A program made the translations under genes and the position numbers. The notes below the pieces were generated by a model. It was given only the letters and a program-made list of their open reading frames with translations, ran no database searches and was not told the origin of the DNA. DNA of 64,000 bases from the NCBI GenBank assembly GCA_013298895.1, contig JAAFJM010000015.1:7811-71810 (forward strand), read 5' to 3'. Positions 57,208-64,000 of this stretch are shown piece by piece (the stretch's first letter is position 1; each line of letters starts with the position of its first letter). This DNA is from Bacteroidota bacterium. Its GTDB lineage: Bacteria > Bacteroidota > Bacteroidia > UKL13-3.

Positions 57208-57334
57208 GTATAGTTAATGAGGTAACTAGTTGATAAAGTAATAGGTTAATGGGTGATTTAAGGTATCAAAACTTTAGGCATTGAAATTATTTAGATAGTA
57301 AATGGGTTAAGCTTTGGAAGAAGCTATTTCTAAA

Positions 57335-58132
57335 TTATTTTACCTCATATTCAGTTTCAAAAGGAAATTCAACTGTTTTATTTTCTTCATCATCAAACAT
57401 TGAAGTTACCTCATACCCTTTAATTTTATAATGTACCTTTTCTTTAATTTTGAAATCAATCATTCTTCTGTCTTTATCGTAGTTTAGGTCTTTTAAGTTT
57501 AATGGTATTCCATTTCGTGTAAATTGGGTAAAGTTAAATTCAGGTCTTTTTTTATTATAAACTTCACTAAAAAAAACTTGCAAGTCATCTCCAATTTTAT
57601 AATTATCTTTTGTTGGTACTATTATTATTTGACTTTGCAAAAAATTGAAATTATCATACATAGTCATTTGCTTTAAAGCATGTAAAAATTTGTTTAATAT
57701 AATGGTTGAAAGCAACGAATACATCTTTGAATCATTTACTTTCAATTTTCGACACTTTTCGATTTCGAACTGCATATTACCTTTAAATGGGCCAGAAAAA
57801 GTTAATAAAGTATCCAAATATTCTTTAAAAGCCTTACTTAATACTTGATTTGAAATCTTGTTATCATCTACTGTAATTAGTAGTTTTTTGTTGAATTCAT
57901 CATACAACTTAAAAGCTTTATTTGCTTGACTGATTTCAAATTTTAAAATTGTATCTGAATAATTAATTTGATTTAGCAATCTACGATCAAAATCTTTAAT
58001 AATATTTATATTTTCTAAACGAATTAAATCTATTGAATTGTCCAAGCAAAAATCCAATGCCTCTGTCTTTTCAGCATCATTTTTGCAAGCAAAGAGAAAA
58101 ACCACAAGAATAATAGCAATTATTTTTTTCAT
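57335..58132 (-). CDS. hypothetical lipoprotein
   Basis: MKKIIAIILVVFLFACKND lipobox. No recognised domain. Confidence 0.4.
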   Translation of the reverse strand: MKKIIAIILVVFLFACKNDAEKTEALDFCLDNSIDLIRLENINIIKDFDRRLLNQINYSDTILKFEISQANKAFKLYDEFNKKLLITVDDNKISNQVLSKAFKEYLDTLLTFSGPFKGNMQFEIEKCRKLKVNDSKMYSLLSTIILNKFLHALKQMTMYDNFNFLQSQIIIVPTKDNYKIGDDLQVFFSEVYNKKRPEFNFTQFTRNGIPLNLKDLNYDKDRRMIDFKIKEKVHYKIKGYEVTSMFDDEENKTVEFPFETEYEVK

Positions 58133-58496
58133 GATGAGTGTTATTAACCTTACTTTATACCTTAAAATTCAATATAGTTTAGTTAAGCTTTTTCAGTCTT
58201 ATATATATTCGTTTCAACAAGCTCAACGACCAAGAAAATATACTGAAGTTAGAAAGCTTTCGAACAAAATGTATATCCCTAAGTTAAACGAAATTAATTC
58301 ATAATTCAGCATAAATACTTCATACTTTTCAATAACTGTTCCGCTTCAACTTGTTTATTACCTTTTTTCAATGCAGTTTTTTCCTTGCTATTTGGTTTCT
58401 TTTTCTTAGATGAATAAAAAACCAAATAGACTTTCAATGATTATCTAACATTTTCTGAGAAAATGTGTTCCATATAATTCGGGAACCGGGAATACA

Positions 58497-60443
58497 TTAT
58501 TCCAATTCCATCATGGCTTCAAAAGCCCTTTCGTAAATGTTTTCTTGCTCTGCAATTTGTTTTTTCAAAACACTTAACTCCAATTGTTTTTTGTTTAACT
58601 CAGCTGCATTACTTGCTACTTCAGGTTTTGCAAAACTTTCCTCTACCGCTGTTAACTGTTGTTTTAGTTTTTCTAACTGCTTTTCAGCTTGTTCAAAATC
58701 GGTTTTAATTTTTTGAATTTGGTTATTGCTTAACTTAGGTTTGTTTTCGTTCACCACCGGTTTCACTTCAACAGGCTTAGCTATTACAATAGGCTCCGCT
58801 TTTTTAGGTGCTTTTGCAGCATCTTTATTAGCTGCCAAATTCAATGCTTCGTTTTTTAAGCGCCATTCTTCGTATTCAGCGTAAGTTCCTGGATATTCTT
58901 TCAATTCTAAGTTTTCTATATACCAAATTTTATTGGCTATTTGGCTTATAAAATGCCTATCGTGACTTACAGTAATAAAAGTTCCTTCGTAAGCTTGTAA
59001 TGCTTGACTTAGTATATTAATGCTTCGCATATCCAAGTGATTGGTAGGCTCATCTAACAATAAAAAATTAGCTTCGGTCAATAACGTTTTAGCCAAGGCC
59101 ACACGCGCTTTTTCACCTCCACTCAGTACTTTTATTTTTTTGAATACATCATCACCTGCAAATAAAAAACAACCCAAAACTGTTCTTAATTCAGTTTCTG
59201 GTCTATCGGTAGCGTGGTGTGCTAGTTCTTCTAAAATTTCGTTTTGTTGGCCTAAACTTTCTAATTGATGCTGTGCATAAAAAGCTTCTTTTACATTAAA
59301 ACCAATTTTGGCCTCACCATCATATTTTTCAACTCCTGCTATGATACGCAATAAGGTAGATTTACCTTTTCCGTTCGCACCAATCAAGGCTATTTTATCG
59401 CCACGCTCAATACGCGCATTGGCATTTTTTACAATATCAATATCGGGGAACGATTTGGTAACATTGTTAATTTCGGCTACCAAACGGCTACTTTGCTGAC
59501 CAATTCTAAACTGAATATTGATAGCAGAATTATCATCCTCAGGCGCTTCTATTTTATCTAATTTATCCAACATTTTAACCCTACTTTGAGCAGCAGTAGC
59601 CTTACTGGCTTTGGCTTTAAAACGTGCTATAAAACGTTCTTGCTCACGTATAAATTGTTGTTGGTTATCGAATTGGCGCTGTTGTAAATCCATGCGCTCA
59701 TCTTTAGCCTCTAGGTAAAAACTGTAGTTTCCGCTGTATTCGTAAATGTTTGAATTAGCCACTTCCACGGTTTTATTGGTCATTTTATCCAAAAACTCCA
59801 TATCGTGACTTACCACAATAACCGTTCCTGGGTAACCAATTAAATATTCCTCTAACCATTTAATGGTAGGTAAATCCAAGTGATTCGTAGGCTCATCCAG
59901 CATCAGTAAATCAGGATTTTGCAATAAAAGTTTGGCAAGCATTACACGCATACGCCATCCTCCCGAAAACTTTTTGTAAGGTTGCTGTAACTGAGCTGTT
60001 GTAAAACCAAGTCCTTCCAATACTTTTTCGCACTTATGCTTCATATTATAACCATCCAACCTATCAAATTCCTCTTGGGCATCGCTTAGTTTGGTAATAA
60101 TCTCCATGCTATGGTCGGTTTCCATTTTGGCCAAAATTTCTTCAATTTCTTTTTCCAAAAACAGCGCACGACTAAAAGCCTGCATGGTTACATTTAAAAT
60201 GGTATCTTCCGTTTCAAAACTTAAATTATCCTGATTTAAAAACCCAATAGTCAAGTCTTTCGGCTTGCTAATGGTGCCTTCGCTTAAACCATATTCACCA
60301 TTAATTACACGTAATAAAGTAGATTTTCCGGTTCCGTTACGGCCCACCAAAGCTATACGTTCATTAGGTTTTATGTGCCAATTTGCATTGCGGTAAAGGT
60401 ATCGTCCACCAAACTCAAAGGCTATATTAGTTAAAGCAATCAT
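58497..60443 (-). CDS. ABC-F family ATPase (two ABC domains plus a C-terminal coiled-coil, Uup/EttA-like)
   Basis: Two Walker A sites (GRNGTGKST, GANGKGKST), two LSGG signatures, and a K/E-rich coiled-coil tail. Confidence 0.85.
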   Translation of the reverse strand: MIALTNIAFEFGGRYLYRNANWHIKPNERIALVGRNGTGKSTLLRVINGEYGLSEGTISKPKDLTIGFLNQDNLSFETEDTILNVTMQAFSRALFLEKEIEEILAKMETDHSMEIITKLSDAQEEFDRLDGYNMKHKCEKVLEGLGFTTAQLQQPYKKFSGGWRMRVMLAKLLLQNPDLLMLDEPTNHLDLPTIKWLEEYLIGYPGTVIVVSHDMEFLDKMTNKTVEVANSNIYEYSGNYSFYLEAKDERMDLQQRQFDNQQQFIREQERFIARFKAKASKATAAQSRVKMLDKLDKIEAPEDDNSAINIQFRIGQQSSRLVAEINNVTKSFPDIDIVKNANARIERGDKIALIGANGKGKSTLLRIIAGVEKYDGEAKIGFNVKEAFYAQHQLESLGQQNEILEELAHHATDRPETELRTVLGCFLFAGDDVFKKIKVLSGGEKARVALAKTLLTEANFLLLDEPTNHLDMRSINILSQALQAYEGTFITVSHDRHFISQIANKIWYIENLELKEYPGTYAEYEEWRLKNEALNLAANKDAAKAPKKAEPIVIAKPVEVKPVVNENKPKLSNNQIQKIKTDFEQAEKQLEKLKQQLTAVEESFAKPEVASNAAELNKKQLELSVLKKQIAEQENIYERAFEAMMELE

Positions 60444-60590
60444 GTATTTTAATCAAAATTTTGAGGCGCAAATATAGGCTGATTTTTGATTTAAAGGCAG
60501 ATTGATTTGGAGATTTTTCGATTTTCAGATTTGGAGATTGCAATCACGCCTTGCGCGATTTAACTGTTGGATGGTTAAATTGTTTAATTG

Positions 60591-60778
60591 TTCATTATTC
60601 GATGTCCGTTGTTAAAAGTTAATTATTGCGAGTTACAAGTTGCCAATTGTCTATTACGAGTTACGAGTTCGATTTTCGTTATTCGATGTTCGATGTAATT
60701 CTTACAAGTTGCCAATTGTCCATTGCTAATTGCCTATTCAACAAATCAATAAATCAACAAGTCAACAAATCACCAAAT
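60591..60778. repeat. Nest of imperfect tandem and direct repeats (TTATTCGATGTYCG...ACAAGTTGCCAATTGTCYATT x2, then (A)TCAACAA x5)
   Basis: Copies at 60594..60656 and 60679..60724, with TCAACAAATCAATAAATCAACAAGTCAACAAATCACCAAAT at 60738..60778. Confidence 0.6.
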
Positions 60779-60987
60779 AACTTGGGCGTTCGAGCGGGCT
60801 ATTCGTTCCAATCTTTTTTACCCAACCCAAAGCCTGGCACAAAAAAGGATTTCCACTGCTATCCCTAACACAAATTGGAGGGAAAATTTAAATTTAGAAA
60901 ACCAAAACGTCTTTTGCCGATGGTTGGAGTTTTCAAAGACTATTTTATTAATCTTACAAAAAACAAAAATTTTAAACAAAAAACCTA

Positions 60988-61119
60988 AGTCATGCTGCAA
61001 GCCTCTCCTTCTGGCCGTTGTTGCTCCGATAGCTATTGGCAAGAGACTAACAACACTTAGTCATGCTGCAAGCATCCCCTTGGCTTTAACTAATTGTTTT
61101 CCATTAGCAATTGCCAATG
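60988..61119. repeat. ~60-bp repeat family AAGTCATGCTGCAAGCMTCYCCTTGGCTTTAACTRATTGYTTTMCATTAGCRAT (copies R1 partial, R2 full)
   Basis: R1 is 60988..61017, R2 is 61058..61119 and a third copy R3 is 62134..62191. R2 and R3 bracket gene 61168..62031. Confidence 0.65.
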
Positions 61120-61167
61120 TAAATATTTCTAAAATTGGGTAAAGTAAACGAAATTAAAATTTGTATC

Positions 61168-62031
61168 TCAATTAATCATAATCTTTCCATTTATAAGCTT
61201 GATATCAATGGTATTAATAGAGTAATGATAAAAACCTGCGGCCAAATTATTTAAAATAATTGGAACTGAATTACCATTTATATTTTGCAAAAAAACTACT
61301 TCACCTAAAATATTGGTAATTTGAATATAGCTCATGTTTGCTGTTGAGTTAATAGTAAACTTACCATTGTTAGGATTGGGGTAAACTTGTGCTATTGGTT
61401 TATTTGTTTCATTGGTCAAATTCAAGGTGTTTGAAAAAATTAAATCATCAACAGCAAAAAAGTTATCTGATGCTGGTGGTACATTGCCTAAGGTAATAGT
61501 TATAGAGCACGAATCGGGAGTAAGGTTCCCTATATAATCCATGCTAACAATAAATTCCGTCCAAGTATCTGAATTTAGGTCTATAAAATCTAAAATGCCA
61601 ATCCCTTCTAGTTCTCTGGTATTGGTTAAATTATTCCATTTAGTAAACTGCACTATTACCAAAGCAGTATCATCTTTACCAATTTTAGATTGATATTTTC
61701 CGAGTAAAAATGCTGGTTTGGTATTTATTGCCATACCGGGAATTACTTCATTGTTTACCAATGAACCCATTAGTAAAGCACCTGGAAATAAATTATCACC
61801 AATGTTTTTTGAAGTAATTTTTGCATAACCATTACCACTAGCACCAGGAGTTCCTTTTTCAACTGTAAAAACATTAATAGCAGAAAACGTAGCGTTAAAA
61901 GTAAACCATCCATCAGGATTGGCATAATTTCCAGTAGTGGACCAATTTTCAAAACCACCATTAGGAATATTTTGAGCAATTGAAAACACCGACCATAAAA
62001 ACATCAGTCCCAACAAATACATTTTTTTCAT
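61168..62031 (-). CDS. Secreted protein with a T9SS type-A C-terminal sorting domain
   Basis: Signal peptide MKKMYLLGLMFLWSVFSIAQ and C-terminus VYPNPNNGKFTINS...ILGEVVFLQ...AAGFYHYSI...INGKIMIN. Confidence 0.55.
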   Translation of the reverse strand: MKKMYLLGLMFLWSVFSIAQNIPNGGFENWSTTGNYANPDGWFTFNATFSAINVFTVEKGTPGASGNGYAKITSKNIGDNLFPGALLMGSLVNNEVIPGMAINTKPAFLLGKYQSKIGKDDTALVIVQFTKWNNLTNTRELEGIGILDFIDLNSDTWTEFIVSMDYIGNLTPDSCSITITLGNVPPASDNFFAVDDLIFSNTLNLTNETNKPIAQVYPNPNNGKFTINSTANMSYIQITNILGEVVFLQNINGNSVPIILNNLAAGFYHYSINTIDIKLINGKIMIN

Positions 62032-62133
62032 ACAAACTACGATATTACATACAAACTTAGGACTTAACTATTTTAATAAAAAAGTTTAGGAATGTTTTTA
62101 TAATTTATTGTAAATATTATTCTTAACAAAAAC

Positions 62134-62191
62134 CAAGTCATGTTGAAAGCATCTTCTTGGCTTTAACTGATTGCTTTACATTAGCGATAAC
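62134..62191. repeat. Repeat copy R3 of the ~60-bp family
   Basis: CAAGTCATGTTGAAAGCATCTTCTTGGCTTTAACTGATTGCTTTACATTAGCGATAAC. Confidence 0.6.
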
Positions 62192-62308
62192 AATAATTCT
62201 TGGTTGGTTACCGATAACTATCGGAACTCGCCAATCGATTTGGTTTGATTGGTGAGGACACTAACCACGGACACATTCAATAAGAAAAAAGTAAATAACT
62301 GCACTGTT

Positions 62309-62824
62309 TTAGTGGGTGCTAAAGTTGTATTTACGGCTACTAAATTTTGTTTTTGGGAATAGGTAAAAGGTTGTAGCTAATAATCCAAATGTACCCATAT
62401 AACCCATTCCAATAAATGGATAGATTTCATTATTGCAGGCTCCATTTCCATCGCATTTATCAATTTGGTTGTTTAATGCATAGATGGTAAAAACAGCTGC
62501 ACCAAAACTAATGGCAGTAAAAGTTACTGCTATTGGATACTTAATATATTCCTTCAATCCTCTTGTGTTTATGGCTTTAATTTCACTAATCAAAATACTA
62601 TCTTGACCTTTGTTTCCATAAAAATAACCATTGCTAATACTATCTAACTTAAGCAAAATTCTATCTTCATCGTATTTTACAATTCGTAAATTAGCGGGCA
62701 ATTTAATGGTATTGTGATACGATCCTTTGATTTTTTTGATGGTAAGTTGAGTTGCATTTTGCGCCCACAAACAAGGCGCTGATACAAAACAGATGGCTAA
62801 AAATAGTATAAGTTTATAAGTCAT
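62309..62824 (-). CDS. hypothetical protein with signal peptide and a C-terminal TM segment
   Basis: MTYKLILFLAICFVSAPCLWAQ with a hydrophobic stretch near the C-terminus. Confidence 0.4.
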   Translation of the reverse strand: MTYKLILFLAICFVSAPCLWAQNATQLTIKKIKGSYHNTIKLPANLRIVKYDEDRILLKLDSISNGYFYGNKGQDSILISEIKAINTRGLKEYIKYPIAVTFTAISFGAAVFTIYALNNQIDKCDGNGACNNEIYPFIGMGYMGTFGLLATTFYLFPKTKFSSRKYNFSTH

Positions 62825-63100
62825 TTAGGCTTAGCTAATAAATAGTTACAAAAAGTAAATAAATATAAAATAATTGATATTTTAAAATGTTTGTGAGCAC
62901 ACACTAAAAAACTAAAAAAATTGTTAAGCCTGCCGGTTTAGATTTGCAATCCAAATCAAACACTAAAAGGATTTGTAATCCAATTTTTACTAAACCAAGC
63001 ACAAGGTAATTCTATTAAAAGGAATTGCTATTTTTTGCATTGCAAATGCTAATAGTAATGAAGTGCAGTTTGCAAAAACATTTCTTTAAACCAACCTAAA

Positions 63101-63766
63101 CTACCTCGTTTGTTGGTAGGTTTTGTTTAAATAATCTTCAAAGTTTTGGTAGTTGGGGTAAACTGCTAAATAAGCTTTGTAGGCAGTATAATAAAGTTTA
63201 CAGTTTTCAATTAATTCCTTTTCATCAAGTTCCAATTGGTTACATAACTTTTCGTATTCAATAACTTTTTCCATCAGTTCATCACACTCGGCTATGGTTG
63301 CTCCATCTTCGCCATATATAACGCCTATTGGTATTTCATGAAGCGTGTAATTTAAATAGTTTCTGGTGGTTTGTTCTGATAGTTTAAGTAATTCAATGTC
63401 GTTAGGGGCTATGGTTAAGCCTTGTTCTAAAAGCATTGCCCATGAAAATTTGGTATCATGGCTATAGGCTTGGTATCTTAAAAGGTGTTCGTCAAGTTTT
63501 AAAAGTGTTTTGATGGCATCTATATTATTTTGGGCTACTTGTGCCAAAAGTATTGGGTAAATTAAATGCTTATAAAGTGGTTGGCGAATGGTTATTTTCT
63601 TGTTTTGTAGTTCATCAATTATGGCTACTATATCTCGGCAAGTAAGTTTGGTTAAATCTGTCTCATTATCTTTAAAAAATGCTTCCAGTATTTTATGCTT
63701 ATCTGCCTTAACAAAGGTTTTTGTTTCTATTTCAATATAGGCATTTAAAAATTTCTCTTTGTCCAT
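63101..63766 (-). CDS. hypothetical cytoplasmic protein
   Basis: About 221 aa from MDKEKF. It is helical and I recognise no motif. Confidence 0.4.
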   Translation of the reverse strand: MDKEKFLNAYIEIETKTFVKADKHKILEAFFKDNETDLTKLTCRDIVAIIDELQNKKITIRQPLYKHLIYPILLAQVAQNNIDAIKTLLKLDEHLLRYQAYSHDTKFSWAMLLEQGLTIAPNDIELLKLSEQTTRNYLNYTLHEIPIGVIYGEDGATIAECDELMEKVIEYEKLCNQLELDEKELIENCKLYYTAYKAYLAVYPNYQNFEDYLNKTYQQTR

Positions 63767-64000
63767 AAAAGATGCTTTGTTTTGCTGCAATTTAAACTTT
63801 TGGTAAACATGCTTATAAAACAGAAAATAACAAAGTAAAAATTTTAGTAAAACTAATTATCAAACCCAAATCTATAAATTAATTTTTACTCAGGTAGCTA
63901 TTGAAAAACGAAGCAATTTTATATTGGTAAGTTTAAGTAGAGAGACGATGAAATTGGTTATTTATTATTTACTTGTTATCATTTTTTATTAAATGCTGGT

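Noticed and set aside
59041-59499. Plus-strand ORFs inside the ABC-F gene
   Set aside because: They are antisense to a gene with two complete ABC domains.
60626-61142. ORFs 60626..60868, 60818..61042 and 60924..61142
   Set aside because: They lie entirely within the repeat-dense intergenic tract. Their translations are repeat-derived and lack any signal.

Overview
This is a low-GC chromosomal segment that looks like Bacteroidota (Flavobacteriia- or Cytophagia-like). The evidence is a fumarate-reductase-type sdhCAB operon, at least six proteins with T9SS C-terminal sorting domains, a PorX-like receiver/PglZ regulator, LruC-domain lipoproteins, a 'gliding-motility-associated' C-terminal domain, and no Shine-Dalgarno dependence. 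I call about 57 protein-coding genes. Most are ordinary housekeeping: sdhCAB, dapB-lepB, fabI, an M1 peptidase, rpmE2, hup, aroK, folP-cdaA, a DEAD-box helicase, mtgA, pyk, a lipid desaturase, miaE and an ABC-F ATPase. I saw no rRNA, tRNA or CRISPR arrays.

The non-routine regions are:
- 12.7-17.6 kb: an AraC regulator followed by a tight six-gene operon. It encodes a T9SS-anchored Reeler/DOMON-like protein with a CXXCH motif, three small lipoproteins with Planctomycete-cytochrome-like (PSCyt1-like) domains carrying CXXCH or CX4CH motifs, a DUF5777-like beta-barrel and a YceI protein, ending in a strong terminator. This is my best candidate for an uncharacterised cell-envelope haem or electron-transfer system.
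- 44.4-51.3 kb: a repeat-littered accessory stretch. It holds two tandem secreted paralogs bracketed by ~45-bp direct repeats plus a duplicated 3' gene fragment, then a Schlafen-like AlbA_2/HATPase_c_4 protein with an AT-rich unknown partner, flanked by copies of a dispersed GCAGCACCAATAA-containing repeat.
- A perfect (TCACAAA)x9 microsatellite immediately upstream of the c-di-AMP synthase gene cdaA.
- A DUF1800/DUF1501 pair in which the DUF1501 protein carries both a twin-arginine signal and a T9SS C-terminal domain.
- An alpha/beta-hydrolase-like protein whose nucleophile-elbow serine is replaced by glycine.
- A shikimate kinase whose conserved N-terminal beta-strand lies upstream of the first ATG with no canonical in-frame start.
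- Repeat-dense intergenic regions around 60.5-62.2 kb flanking a T9SS cargo gene.

All functional calls come from motifs I recognise by eye. I ran no database searches.
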